Of a stretch of 36,752 nucleotides of DNA, positions 1 through 11,430 are shown in pieces. Source of the DNA: Actinomycetota bacterium (GTDB lineage Bacteria; Actinomycetota; Actinomycetes; JAKEEW01); the NCBI GenBank assembly GCA_046725875.1, contig JBKOZJ010000090.1:1-36752 (forward strand). Reading direction: 5' to 3'. A program made the position numbers and the translations under genes. Position 1 is the stretch's first letter, and every line of letters begins with the position of its first letter. The notes under the pieces were generated by a model. It had not been told where the DNA came from. It was given only the letters and a program-made list of their open reading frames with translations, and made no database searches.

Positions 1-545
1 AGCGCCTTCGCCTCATCCACGCCGAAGAGCCGGTCCGTCGTGGCCGCGCCGAGAACCATGTGTACGGGATGCCCGCGGGCGCGCAGCCGGTCGGCGAGCG
101 CGAACAGCGGTGCGCTGCCGTAGCCGCCACCGACGAGCACGCAGGCGTGGCCGGCTTCCCTGGGACCTCGGACCGGCCGGGGCAGGCCATGCGGCGCGTC
201 GGCCGCGTGGGATCCGTTATCCGGGTTTGCCCGGTCGGGCGGGAGTGGGAACGGCCGGCCGAGTGGCGTGATGATGTCGATGACGTCGCCCCGCACCCGG
301 CGCACCAGCCACCGGGTTCCCGGCCCGCGTTCGGCCACCACGAGCTGCATGGCGTCCCCCTCGGCATGGTGAATGGAGAAGCACCGCCGCAGCAGCATCG
401 CCGTCTGCTTGCCGCCAACGGCAATCGCGGCGAACTGGCCGGGCCGGAAGCCGGCGCCTAGGCTCGGTTGGCGCAGTGTGAGCAGGTGATAGGCGCCGAC
501 CGGCGTGACGTCGGCGACGGTCGCCTGGAGCTGCCGCGCGGTCAC
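1..545 (-). CDS. pyrK: Dihydroorotate dehydrogenase electron transfer subunit (3' end beyond window)
   Basis: Not in the ORF track; translated by hand from GTG at 545: MTARQLQATV...FRPGQFAAIAVGG...LLRRCFSIH...GPGTRWL...PLGRPF...VLVGGGYGSAPL. These are FNR-type FAD- and NAD-binding motifs, and the gene sits in the pyr operon. Confidence 0.88.
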   Translation of the reverse strand, partial: MTARQLQATVADVTPVGAYHLLTLRQPSLGAGFRPGQFAAIAVGGKQTAMLLRRCFSIHHAEGDAMQLVVAERGPGTRWLVRRVRGDVIDIITPLGRPFPLPPDRANPDNGSHAADAPHGLPRPVRGPREAGHACVLVGGGYGSAPLFALADRLRARGHPVHMVLGAATTDRLFGVDEAKA

Positions 546-622
546 CGGCCGACCCCGCAGCGTGATGTGCCGGCCTCCGCCGCGTATTCCTGAAGGCTCT
601 TCACCGTGATGTCACCGTTCAC
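542..622 (-). pseudogene. Probable C-terminal remnant of carbamoyl-phosphate synthase large subunit (CarB), 26 codons
   Basis: Reads VNGDITVKSLQEYAAEAGTSRCGVGR*, resembling the actinobacterial CarB tail (GDIGVRSLQE-like). Its TGA overlaps the pyrK GTG (GTGA), where carB normally ends. Confidence 0.65.
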
Positions 623-672
623 CGGTAGGGTGCCGCCGCCTCGTGAGGCGGCCACCAGAGGGTGTCGGTCAT
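619..672 (-). other. 17-codon mini-[20 protein letters not shown], possibly the 5' stub of the gene that followed pyrC
   Basis: ATG overlaps the pyrC stop (ATGA); its own TGA overlaps the GTG of the CarB-like remnant. Confidence 0.4.
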
Positions 673-1975
673 GCGAGCTTCCCGTCGATGGCGGTGGGGC
701 GGCCGCGAAGGAAGGTGGCCACCACCCGGACCGGAAGCTCCTTCCCGGCGAAGGGCGTGTTCCTGCTTCGGCTCGCCAGCCCGGCCGGGTCGACGGTCCA
801 CCGAGCGGCCGGGTCGACGAGGGTGACGTTGGCCGCGCTGCCCACCTCGAACCGGTTACCGTGGCCCGACAACCGGCCGACGCGCGCCGGTCGTACGCTC
901 ATCCGATCGGCGACGCCGGCCCAGTCCAGCAGCCCGGTCTCGATCATCGCCATGCATACGGCGGACAACGCGGTCTCCAGGCCTACCATCCCGGAGGCGG
1001 CGGCCTCCCACTCGCAGTCCTTGTCCTCGACCGAGTGCGGCGCATGGTCGGTAGCGATCACGTCGATCGTCCCGTCGGCGAGGCCCGCACGCAGCGCGGC
1101 GACGTCGGCCGCGGTGCGCAGCGGGGGGTTGACCTTGTAGATCGGGTCGTACGACCGGACCAGGTCGTCGGTGAGCAGCAAGTGATGGGGCGTCACCTCC
1201 GCCGTGATGTTCCAGCCCTTGCCTTTGGCCCAGCGGATAATCTCCACCGACCCGGCGGTCGATACGTGGCAGATGTGGAGTCGCGAGCCGACGTGCGCGG
1301 CGAGCAGCACATCCCGGGCGATGATCGCCTCTTCGGCGACAGCCGGCCAGCCCGCCAAACCCAGGACCCCGGACAGCTCGCCCTCGTTCATCTGCGCTCC
1401 GTCGGTCAGCCGTGGCTCCTGCGCATGCTGGGCGATGACGCCGTCGAAGGCCTTCACATACTCCAGCGCGCGCCGCATCAGCACCGCATCGTGGACGCAG
1501 TCACCATCGTCGGAAAACACACGCACCGCCGCGGCGGAGTCGGCCATCGCTCCTAGCTCGGCGAGGTGCTCCGCGCGTCGCCCCACCGTCACGGCTCCGA
1601 TCGGTTGCACGTCGCAGTGGCCGGCGTCGCGGCCCAGCCGCCACACCTGCTCGACGACCCCGGCGGTATCCGCGACGGGCTCCGTGTTCGGCATCGCGAA
1701 GACCGCCGTGTAGCCGCCCAGCGCGGCGGCCGCCGTGCCGGACTCGACGGTCTCGGCGTCCTCGCGGCCTGGCTCACGAAGGTGGGCGTGCAGGTCGACC
1801 AGACCGGGCAGCGCGATCAGGCCGTCCGCATCGTAGATTTGCGCACCCGCCGGGATGGACGATCCGCCCGCCGGCGCCACCTCGACGATGACGCCGTCGC
1901 GCAGGAGCAGGTCGCTCGGCTCCCCATCGAGCAATCGGGCGCCTCGGACCACACAGCACGGATCGCGTCGGTCGG

Positions 1976-1979
<4 letters not shown>
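669..1979 (-). CDS. pyrC: Dihydroorotase
   Basis: [40 protein letters not shown] motifs; ATG at 1979 overlaps the pyrB stop. Confidence 0.96.
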
Positions 1980-3710
<1,731 letters not shown>

Positions 3711-3728
3711 CGTCGCTGTCGCCTAGGG

Positions 3729-3737
3729 ACGATACCA
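3729..3737 (-). promoter_or_regulatory. Putative extended -10 promoter of the pyr operon
   Basis: TGG-TATCGT (TGn-TANNNT) just upstream of the PyrR loop. Confidence 0.5.
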
Positions 3738-3964
3738 GCACGAGCGGAGATTCCCGTGACCCGGCTCGCCACGCTGGCGTGTCGGGCCAAACCGGTCCAG
3801 GTGACTCGGTCGGCGCGTCGCTGCCAACGGCCTTTGCGCCACCGCGACGGATCGACTGCCGGGCGCCACCTCTTGCCCCGCGGACCTAATGCCGAGGCCG
3901 CCCCGACAGGGGCCGATCAGGTGTCGAAAGGGGGTCTCATCAGGGTCGGATGATCATAAGGGTC

Positions 3965-4007
3965 TTGACGATAGCCAGTTACTCTGCGTAGCGTTACCGA
4001 GCGTAAC
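3965..4007 (+). promoter_or_regulatory. bldD promoter (-35 TTGACG, -10 TAGCGT) overlapped by two adjacent BldD boxes
   Basis: TTGACG 3965-3970, 18-bp spacer, TAGCGT 3989-3994. GTTACTCTGCGTAGC (3978-3992) and GTTACCGAGCGTAAC (3993-4007) each have one mismatch to NTNACNCWGNGTNAN. Confidence 0.75.
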
Positions 4008-4053
4008 TACGGCGGCGGTCCCCCGCTGCACCCAAGACCCCCCGGGAGGCCCA

Positions 4054-4560
4054 TTGCCATCCGAGTACGCCAAAGCGCTCGGCGCCAAGCTGCGATCCAT
4101 CCGCCAGCAGCAGGGCCTGTCGCTGCACGGAGTCGAGCAGAAGTCGAAGGGCCGCTGGAAGGCCGTTGTCGTCGGTTCATATGAGCGCGGCGACCGGGCC
4201 GTCACGGTCCAACGCCTAGCCGAGCTGGCCGAGTTCTACAGCGTCCCCATCGCCGAGCTGCTGCCTGGCGGCAGCCCGGGCGGCACGATCGAGCCGCCGC
4301 CCAAGCTGGTGCTCGACCTCGAGGCACTGCAGCAGGCGCCGACCGACCGGGCCGGTCCGCTGGTGCGGTATGCAGCCGCAATCCAGAGCCAGCGCGGCGA
4401 CTACAACGGCAAGGTGCTCTCCATCCGGCAAGAGGACCTGCGCACGCTCGCGGTCATATACGACAAGCCGCCAGGTGTCATCACCGAGGACCTCATCAGC
4501 TGGGGCGTCTTGCACCCCGACGCCCGGAAGGCGGTCGAGCTCCTCGAACCCGAGTCCTGA
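4054..4560 (+). CDS. bldD: c-di-GMP-binding developmental regulator BldD
   Basis: TTG start after GGGAGG gives MPSEYAKALGAKLRSIRQQQGLSLHGVEQKS...WKAVVVGSYERGDRAVTVQRL; RxD-x8-RxxD motif intact (RGDYNGKVLSIRQED); conserved position between pyrR and nusB. Confidence 0.95.
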   Translation: MPSEYAKALGAKLRSIRQQQGLSLHGVEQKSKGRWKAVVVGSYERGDRAVTVQRLAELAEFYSVPIAELLPGGSPGGTIEPPPKLVLDLEALQQAPTDRAGPLVRYAAAIQSQRGDYNGKVLSIRQEDLRTLAVIYDKPPGVITEDLISWGVLHPDARKAVELLEPES

Positions 4561-4579
4561 CCCCCGCTTCTACTCGCAT

Positions 4580-4622
4580 GAACGGCACATTCACGCGATA
4601 GGTTCGCGTGAATGTGCCGTTC
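4580..4622. terminator. Perfect 19-bp inverted repeat between convergent bldD and nusB; likely bidirectional terminator or REP-like element
   Basis: GAACGGCACATTCACGCGA-TAGGT-TCGCGTGAATGTGCCGTTC. Confidence 0.7.
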
Positions 4623-4640
4623 TTCTGTGGCGGGATCGAC

Positions 4641-4656
4641 TGAACGGCACATTCAC
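4641..4656. repeat. Third copy of the hairpin arm (TGAACGGCACATTCAC)
   Basis: Identical to 4579-4594. Confidence 0.8.
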
Positions 4657-4713
4657 TCGAACGGCAGCTTTGCCGAATGGGGCTGGCCGGCGCTGATCAC
4701 CAACGGTGCGGCG

Positions 4714-5124
4714 TCAGCGGGTGATGCTGGGTTTCAGCTCCAGCAGCCGGGCCAGGAGGCCGTTGACGAAGGTGGGCGAGTCCTCCGTGGAAAGCTGCCG
4801 GGCTAGATCGACCGCCTCGGAGATCGCCACGGCATCCGGCACGTCATCGGCCCACAAGAGCTCGTAGGCACCAAGCCGAAGGATGTTGCGGTCCACCGCC
4901 GGCATCCGGTCGAGGGTCCAGCCGACTGAGTAGGTGGTAAGCAGCTCGTCGATGCGGTCCCGATGGCTCGCGACCCCTTCGACGAGGGCCGCCGCGTACG
5001 AAGGCACTGGCTGGTTGCCAGCGCTCGAGCGTTCGGCCAGCGTGGCAATGGGGTCACGGCCCCGCAGGTCCGCTTCGTACAAGATGTCGAGCGCCCGCTT
5101 GCGCGCCTTTGATCGAGCCGGCAC
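4714..5124 (-). CDS. nusB: Transcription antitermination factor NusB
   Basis: ARSKARKRALDILYEA, WTLDRMPAVDRNILRLG, FVNGLL; follows efp. Confidence 0.96.
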   Translation of the reverse strand: MPARSKARKRALDILYEADLRGRDPIATLAERSSAGNQPVPSYAAALVEGVASHRDRIDELLTTYSVGWTLDRMPAVDRNILRLGAYELLWADDVPDAVAISEAVDLARQLSTEDSPTFVNGLLARLLELKPSITR

Positions 5125-5136
5125 CAGGAAGGCCAG

Positions 5137-5700
5137 TCAGCCGGTGCCGCGGCCGAGGTACTCGCCCGACCGGGTGTCGACCTTGATCTTCTCGCCGGTC
5201 GTGATGAACAGTGGCACGGCCACCTCGGCGCCGGTCTCGAGGGTCGCGGGCTTCGTGCCGCCGGTCGAGCGGTCGCCTTGCAGCCCGGGCTCGGTGTAAG
5301 AGACGGTCAGCTCGACCGCGGCCGGCAGCTCGACATACAGCGGCGTGCTGTCGTGCAGCGCGACCACGGCATCCTGGTTCTCGAGCAGGTAGTCTGCGGC
5401 CTTCCCGACGGTCTCGGCCGGCACGTGGATCTGGTCGAAGGACTGCATGTCCATGAAGACGAAGTCGCCACCCTCGCGGTAGAGGTATTGCATCGAGCGC
5501 TTGTCGACGGTCGCGGTGTCTACCTTCACGCCGGCGTTGAACGTACGGTCGACTACCTTGCCGGACAGGACGTTCTTCAGCTTGGTCCGGACGAATGCGC
5601 CGCCCTTGCCAGGCTTCACGTGCTGGAACTCGACAACCGTCCAGAGCTGCCCGTCCAGGTTGAGGACCATGCCGTTCTTGAGGTCGTTGGTGGTGGCCAC
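5137..5700 (-). CDS. efp: Elongation factor P
   Basis: GTG start at 5700 after AAGGA ([10 protein letters not shown]); [39 protein letters not shown]. Confidence 0.97.
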   Translation of the reverse strand: MATTNDLKNGMVLNLDGQLWTVVEFQHVKPGKGGAFVRTKLKNVLSGKVVDRTFNAGVKVDTATVDKRSMQYLYREGGDFVFMDMQSFDQIHVPAETVGKAADYLLENQDAVVALHDSTPLYVELPAAVELTVSYTEPGLQGDRSTGGTKPATLETGAEVAVPLFITTGEKIKVDTRSGEYLGRGTG

Positions 5701-5761
5701 GAAGATCCTTTTGTACGAGATTGAAGCGCTGCGCCCGGTCAACTGGGCCCAGGGGTGGCGG

Positions 5762-6859
5762 TCAGTCGAGGACTAGCAGCTCTTTGGTCGTCATGGTGAG
5801 CAGCTCCGGTCCGCCGTCGGCCGGGGCGAGCACGACGAGCGTGTCCTCGATCCGTACGCCCCCCTTGCCAGGCAAGTAGACGCCGGGCTCGACGGTGACC
5901 GGGGTGCGAGCGTCGAGTTTACCTTCCGCGTCGTGACGGAACAGCGGCGCCTCGTGGGTCTCCAGCCCGACCCCATGGCCCAGGCCGTGCAGGAAGTGCT
6001 CACCATGGCCCGCGGCCTCGATCATCGAGCGGGCCGCCCGGTCGACCGCGTTGAGCTGCGTGCCGGGTATCAGCGCCTGGCGGCCAGCCCTCTGCGCGGC
6101 GAAGACGAGATCGTAGATCTCGATCTGCCAGGCCGCGGGTTCCTGCCCGACGACGAAGGTACGGGTCATGTCGGCGTGGTAGCCGTTGAACAATGCACCG
6201 CAGTCGATCGTAAGGAAGTCTCCGACTTCGATCCGCCGGCTCGTCGGTGTGTGGTGGGGGATCGCCGAGTTGGGGCCGCTCGCCACGATCGTGTCGAACG
6301 CGAGCCCGTCGGCGCCGTGATCGATCATGCGTCGCTCGAGCTCCTGCGCGACCTGGCGCTCCGTTCGGCCTAGCACGAGTCCGTCCGCCAGCTCGGCAAG
6401 CGCACGATCGCCAATGGCGCATGCCTCCCGGAGGCTAGCGATCTCCTCGTCGTCCTTGACGATCCGCAGGTCCTCGATCGCCTTCTTGATCGAGTTGAGC
6501 TCGGTGCCGTCCGATCGCTCAGTAAGTTCGCGATGCTGGTCCACAGTCAGCTGGTGGGACTCGAAGCCCAGCCTGCGGACGCCAACCGAACGAGCCCGCT
6601 CGAGCAGGACTTCCGGCAAGGACCTGTCCCGTTCGATCATCCGGTCGACCCCAGAAACCTCGGACTGGGACTGGGTCGCGTAGCGTCCGTCCGTCGCGAA
6701 GACCGCGCCGTCGCCGGTCACCAGCACGGCGCCGTTCGATCCGGTGAAACCGGTCAAGTAGCGCACATTGACCAGCGACGTGATCAGTGCGGCATCGACT
6801 TCGAGACCGTTGAAACGCTCGCGCAGCCGCGCCCTGCGGCCCTCATACACCTCGGACAT
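5762..6859 (-). CDS. pepQ: M24 Xaa-Pro peptidase
   Basis: Creatinase-type N domain ([11 protein letters not shown]) plus metal ligands IDCG, HADMTRT, HGLGHG, TVEPG, RIEDT; upstream of efp. Confidence 0.9.
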   Translation of the reverse strand: MSEVYEGRRARLRERFNGLEVDAALITSLVNVRYLTGFTGSNGAVLVTGDGAVFATDGRYATQSQSEVSGVDRMIERDRSLPEVLLERARSVGVRRLGFESHQLTVDQHRELTERSDGTELNSIKKAIEDLRIVKDDEEIASLREACAIGDRALAELADGLVLGRTERQVAQELERRMIDHGADGLAFDTIVASGPNSAIPHHTPTSRRIEVGDFLTIDCGALFNGYHADMTRTFVVGQEPAAWQIEIYDLVFAAQRAGRQALIPGTQLNAVDRAARSMIEAAGHGEHFLHGLGHGVGLETHEAPLFRHDAEGKLDARTPVTVEPGVYLPGKGGVRIEDTLVVLAPADGGPELLTMTTKELLVLD

Positions 6860-6865
6860 GGTGCA

Positions 6866-6871
6866 AGCGTA
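6866..6871 (-). promoter_or_regulatory. -10 element for probable leaderless pepQ-efp-nusB transcript
   Basis: TACGCT 6 nt before the ATG, no SD. Confidence 0.6.
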
Positions 6872-6998
6872 GGACCCCGCTGGCCAACCCAGAGCCGCTC
6901 GAGGGAGGGGTTGATCAGCAGTGCCTGGTCGGGTCTGTCTACGATCCGGCCATCGGAAGCGGGGACCGTGCTGCGCTGCTCGACGGGTAGCAGGATGC

Positions 6999-7619
6999 TC
7001 AGCCGACGACCTCGTCGTCAGAGTGGGCGGCGAACTCGGCTACGCGAACCTCTGCACTTCGCTCGTAGCGGCTGATCCGATCCTCCCAATCCGCCTCGAC
7101 TCCGAACGCGGCGCCGGCGAAGTTCACCGCACGGATCGCGGCCGCAACCTCGTCGGCCTGATCGCAAGTCAGGAGCCGGGCTGGAGTCCCGGCTGCCAAC
7201 GTGTGCGGCGGCACGAACATCTCCGACGCAACGGTTGTTCGGGCGTGCACTAGGGCACCCACCGCGACGACGGCGCCGGCGCCCACTCTGGCACCGTGGA
7301 GGACGGTCGCGCCGGTAGCGAGGTACGCGCACCGGTCGACAGCACACCCGAGCAGCGTGGCATGCGGGCCGACGAACACATGGTCTCCCAGGACGACCGG
7401 TCGATCGGAGTCACCAACTGCAGTCGCGCGCAGCACGGCCTGCTCTGTGATCACGCACGCCTCGCCAACCGTGATGTGCGATGCCTCCGCATTCAACACC
7501 GCGCCGTACATTACGCGTACCCGAGCGCCGATCCGGACGTCGCCAACGAGCGTGGCGGTCGGTGCGATGTACGCCGTGGCATCCACCTGCGGCGCGCTGT
7601 CTCGGTGCCTGATCAGCAT
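6999..7619 (-). CDS. Gamma-carbonic-anhydrase-like left-handed beta-helix protein
   Basis: PQVDATAYIAPTATLVGDVRIG and hexapeptide repeats, AAGTPAR, C-terminal helix. Start could be 7619 or 7631. Confidence 0.85.
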   Translation of the reverse strand: MLIRHRDSAPQVDATAYIAPTATLVGDVRIGARVRVMYGAVLNAEASHITVGEACVITEQAVLRATAVGDSDRPVVLGDHVFVGPHATLLGCAVDRCAYLATGATVLHGARVGAGAVVAVGALVHARTTVASEMFVPPHTLAAGTPARLLTCDQADEVAAAIRAVNFAGAAFGVEADWEDRISRYERSAEVRVAEFAAHSDDEVVG

Positions 7620-7714
7620 GCGGACAATCATTGCGGGGCGTCGCGACCCGAGCAAAGGTGGCCTGTTCCGCTGGTCGTCGTACCGGCGCCTATCCGGCTT
7701 TGACGCGGCGCCTC

Positions 7715-8200
7715 CTACCGCGTCGACATGCGAGTCGCCACGGCCCGAAGTGCCAGAGTGTAGGAGTCGAGACCGAAGCCGGCGATGGTTCCGGTTGCGA
7801 CTGCGGCGACCACCGACGTGTGCCGGAAGGCCTCCCGGCCGGCCGGGTTGGTGATGTGGACCTCGATCAGGGGAGCGCGAAGCTGCGCGCAGGCATCTCG
7901 GACCGCGTAGGAGTAGTGCGTGAACGCGGCAGGGTTGAGTACGACCGGGGTTGCCCTGTCGGCGGCTTCGTGCAGCCAGCCGACCAGCTCGGCCTCGTCA
8001 TCGGTCTGCCGGACTTCTACCTCGAGATCCAGTTCGGCCCCCGCCTTCGCACACACCGCTGCAACGTCGGCGGGCGACGCGTCGCCGTACACCTCCGGCT
8101 CGCGGGCACCGAGCCGGCCGAGGTTGGGCCCGTTGAGTACGAGGACTCGGATTGGAGTACCGGTCGCTCCGCTGGGGTCTCGGTCGCTGCGCGATGTCAT
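7715..8200 (-). CDS. aroQ: Type II 3-dehydroquinate dehydratase
   Basis: [48 protein letters not shown] 6 nt before the ATG suggests a leaderless mRNA. Confidence 0.96.
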   Translation of the reverse strand: MTSRSDRDPSGATGTPIRVLVLNGPNLGRLGAREPEVYGDASPADVAAVCAKAGAELDLEVEVRQTDDEAELVGWLHEAADRATPVVLNPAAFTHYSYAVRDACAQLRAPLIEVHITNPAGREAFRHTSVVAAVATGTIAGFGLDSYTLALRAVATRMSTR

Positions 8201-8300
8201 GCCGCGATTATCCCCACCCCGCCGGGCCCGGCCCGCGCCAGATCAAAGGCCCCTTCTCTCCACACGAATCGACTGACGTGCCGCTCATACGGGTCGGCCC

Positions 8301-9467
8301 TCAAGCTGAGACGGCGGCGTATGCGGCGATGAGCAGGCCAGGATCGGGTGCCTCGAGGATGGCGGGGCGGGCGAGGCCGTCGAGCACGACGAAGCGGAGC
8401 CGATCGCCACGCGCCTTCTTGTCGATCTTCATGGCGGCCAAGAGGTCGGGCCAGGCGGCCGCAGGATAGTCGGTGGGAAGCCCGACGGCCCCCAGGACCT
8501 CGCGGTGCTGGTCCACGAGATCGGCCGGGAGCCGGCCGGCCAACCGAGCCAGCTCGGCCGCGTACAACATGCCGACAGCGACGGCTTCCCCATGCCGGAT
8601 GCGATAGCGCTCCACCTTCTCGATCGCGTGGCCGAGGGTGTGCCCGTAGTTGAGCATTTCCCGTCCGATGGTTGGCCGACCGAAGGGACCGGTCCCGGTG
8701 GTGGATGCCGTCTCCCGCAGGTCTGCCGAGACGACCTGGGCTTTGACCTTGATGGCTCGTTCGATGAGTTCGCGCACGAGCCGTCCGGCCGGGTGGGTGG
8801 CGGCGGCTGGGTCACGATCCATTAGATCGAGAATCACCGGATCGGCGATAAACCCGGCCTTGACCACCTCGGCAAGACCGCTGACGAACTCGGCGCTCGG
8901 GAGCGATGCCAACAGCGCGAGATCGCAAATCACGCCGGAGGGTGGGTGGAACGCGCCGACCAGGTTCTTGCCCTCGGGCGTGTTGACCGCGGTCTTCCCG
9001 CCCACGGCGGCGTCGACCATTCCGAGGAGCGTGGTCGGCACGTGCACCACGCGAATGCCGCGAAGCCAGGTTGCGGCGACAAAGCCCGCGAGGTCTGTAA
9101 TCGCGCCTCCACCGACCGCCACCACCGCGTCCGACCTGGTGAAGCCCGCCCAGCCAAGCTCGGACCAGCACCGCGCGGCCACCCCGATCTCCTTGGCCGG
9201 CTCACCGTCGGGTATTTCGATCAGCAGCGGTTGAGCGTCGAGGAGGTCGGCCACTCGCCGGGCCGCTGCACTGAGCCGCCGCGGGTGTACGACGGCCACC
9301 CGGTGCGGCTGATCCCCGAGGATCACCGGAAGCTCGCCGAGGACGTCGATGCCCACGACGACCTCGTAGGCCGGCGTGGTTGTCGACGGGCCGCTCCAGC
9401 GACGGTCTGACCCCGCTCCCCCGACTGGGATCCGCGTCGGCGGCCCGGACAGGTTAGATGCGCTCAT
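8301..9467 (-). CDS. aroB: 3-dehydroquinate synthase
   Basis: [52 protein letters not shown]. Confidence 0.96.
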   Translation of the reverse strand: MSASNLSGPPTRIPVGGAGSDRRWSGPSTTTPAYEVVVGIDVLGELPVILGDQPHRVAVVHPRRLSAAARRVADLLDAQPLLIEIPDGEPAKEIGVAARCWSELGWAGFTRSDAVVAVGGGAITDLAGFVAATWLRGIRVVHVPTTLLGMVDAAVGGKTAVNTPEGKNLVGAFHPPSGVICDLALLASLPSAEFVSGLAEVVKAGFIADPVILDLMDRDPAAATHPAGRLVRELIERAIKVKAQVVSADLRETASTTGTGPFGRPTIGREMLNYGHTLGHAIEKVERYRIRHGEAVAVGMLYAAELARLAGRLPADLVDQHREVLGAVGLPTDYPAAAWPDLLAAMKIDKKARGDRLRFVVLDGLARPAILEAPDPGLLIAAYAAVSA

Positions 9468-10041
9468 CCGCCTGCCCGGCCACGGTACAGACCTCGTCCG
9501 CCACTTGGTCAGCCGACCGCTCGTTGGTGTTTACCACGTGCGATGCGACCTCCTCGTAGTAGGGCCTTCGCTCGTCCAGGAGGCTGCGCAGCGTGGCCCG
9601 CATGTTCGTAAGCAGCAGCGGCCGACTCCGGTTGAGGCCGCACCGTTCCACCGCCGCGGCGAGTCCCACGTCGAGGAAGACCACGCGGTGACCCTTCAGC
9701 ATCGCCCGGGTCGCCGGGTCCACGACCGCCCCGCCGCCGAGCGCGAGTACTCCGTGATGGTCGACGAGCGCTTGCCCGACCGCCGCGCGCTCGAGGACGC
9801 GGAAGGCGGACTCGCCGTGCTCCACGAAGATCTCTCCGATCGACTTGCCGAGGGTCCGCTCGATGTCGGCGTCCGTGTCCCGGAAGTCGGTACCGAGCCG
9901 GTCCGCCGCGATCCTGCCTATCGTCGTCTTGCCGGACCCCGGCGGGCCGACGAGGACCAGGACCGGCCCGGGAAGATGATCGTTCTGAGGCGCCGGCGGG
10001 CTGAAGCCTGTGCGCGGATCGGTTATCGCGGCCCGGTCCAC
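9454..10041 (-). CDS. aroK: Shikimate kinase (start uncertain)
   Basis: [10 protein letters not shown]-loop, DTD, GESAFR, LGGG, RPLL. GTG at 10041 follows GGGAGGGAG; the ORF is open to 10119. Confidence 0.92.
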   Translation of the reverse strand: MDRAAITDPRTGFSPPAPQNDHLPGPVLVLVGPPGSGKTTIGRIAADRLGTDFRDTDADIERTLGKSIGEIFVEHGESAFRVLERAAVGQALVDHHGVLALGGGAVVDPATRAMLKGHRVVFLDVGLAAAVERCGLNRSRPLLLTNMRATLRSLLDERRPYYEEVASHVVNTNERSADQVADEVCTVAGQADERI

Positions 10042-10194
10042 CGACTCCCTCCCGACTGCCTGACGTCCTCCGCGACCACTACCGTCCCAAACCCCGGCCA
10101 CCGGCAGGGCAGGGTCCAACGACGTTTGGAGCGTGGCGTCACGAGTTCCTACTACGAACCTATCCGCACCGGCGACCGTCCCGACCAGGCCGTA

Positions 10195-11376
10195 CTACCG
10201 GATCACCAAGCTGGCGACGTACGCCCGGGCGTTGCGGGCGGTCTCGCCGATGGAATCGCCGCCGAACTTCTCCAGAGCGGCGTCGGCCAGGACGAGCGCG
10301 ACCATCGCCTCGGCCACGATCCCGGACGCGGGCACAGCACAGACGTCGGATCGCTGGTTGTGTGCCTTCGCCGCCTCGCCGGTGGCAACGTCCACGGTGT
10401 CCAACGCCCGTGGGATCGTAGAGATCGGCTTCATCGCAGCCCGGACCCGCAGGGGATCGCCGGTGGTAATGCCACCCTCGGTCCCGCCCGAGTGACCGCT
10501 GCGTCTGGCCAGGCGACCTCCTGCCGAGGTCTCAATCTCGTCCTGAGCTTGAGACCCGCGGAGCGCCGCGAGCTGGAACCCGTCTCCTATCTCGACGCCT
10601 TTGATCGCCTGGATGCTCATCAGAGCGGCCGCGAGCCTGGCGTCGATGCGCCGGTCAGCATGTACGTGGCTGCCGAGGCCCGGCGGCACACCGTAGCCGA
10701 GCACCTCGACCACCCCCCCGAGCGTGTCGGCCGCCATCCGGGCCGAATCAAGCTCTGCGACCATCGCCGCAGAGGTATCCGCGTCCAGGCACCGCACCGG
10801 ATCCGCGTCCAGCCGGTCGGCGTCGGCCGGCTTCGGAAGCAGACCTGCCGGTGCCGGCACGTTCCCGATCCGTACAACATGGCTGATGATCTCGATCCCG
10901 AGCGCCTGGTCGAGGAAGGCGCGGGCGACGGCGCCGAGCGCGACCCGCGCCGCGGTCTCCCGGGCGCTCGCCCGCTCCAGGACCGGTCGAGCCTCGCTGA
11001 ACCCGTACTTCTGCATCCCGACCAGATCCGCGTGCCCGGGCCGCGGCCGGGTCAGCGGCGCATTGCGGGCCAGTCCGGCCAGCTCCTCCGGATCCACGGG
11101 GTCGGCGGCCATCACCCTGTCCCACTTGGGCCACTCGGTGTTGGAGATCTTGATTGCGATGGGGCTGCCGAGAGTGCGACCGTGCCGCACTCCCCCGAGG
11201 AACTCGACCTCGTCTTGCTCGAGCTTCATCCGGGCGCCGCGGCCGTAGCCCAGTCGGCGCCGGGCAAGCGCAGTCGCGAGGTCGCCGGTCGTGACCGCGA
11301 CGCCTGCCGGCATCCCTTCGAGGGTGGCCACCAGCGCAGGGCCGTGCGACTCCCCGGCCGTCAGCCACCGCAGCAT
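10195..11376 (-). CDS. aroC: Chorismate synthase
   Basis: [43 protein letters not shown]. Confidence 0.97.
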   Translation of the reverse strand: MLRWLTAGESHGPALVATLEGMPAGVAVTTGDLATALARRRLGYGRGARMKLEQDEVEFLGGVRHGRTLGSPIAIKISNTEWPKWDRVMAADPVDPEELAGLARNAPLTRPRPGHADLVGMQKYGFSEARPVLERASARETAARVALGAVARAFLDQALGIEIISHVVRIGNVPAPAGLLPKPADADRLDADPVRCLDADTSAAMVAELDSARMAADTLGGVVEVLGYGVPPGLGSHVHADRRIDARLAAALMSIQAIKGVEIGDGFQLAALRGSQAQDEIETSAGGRLARRSGHSGGTEGGITTGDPLRVRAAMKPISTIPRALDTVDVATGEAAKAHNQRSDVCAVPASGIVAEAMVALVLADAALEKFGGDSIGETARNARAYVASLVIR

Positions 11377-11430
11377 GCCCCGATACTCCCATGCTCTGGC
11401 GGGCCGACCGCCCATCTGCCGGACTGTCGG

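Noticed and set aside
60..461. 133-aa plus-strand ORF
   Set aside because: Opposite the pyrK frame, which has clear family motifs.
3889..4053. 55-aa N-terminal extension of BldD in the ORF track
   Set aside because: Overlaps the promoter and BldD boxes; homology and SD point to TTG at 4054.
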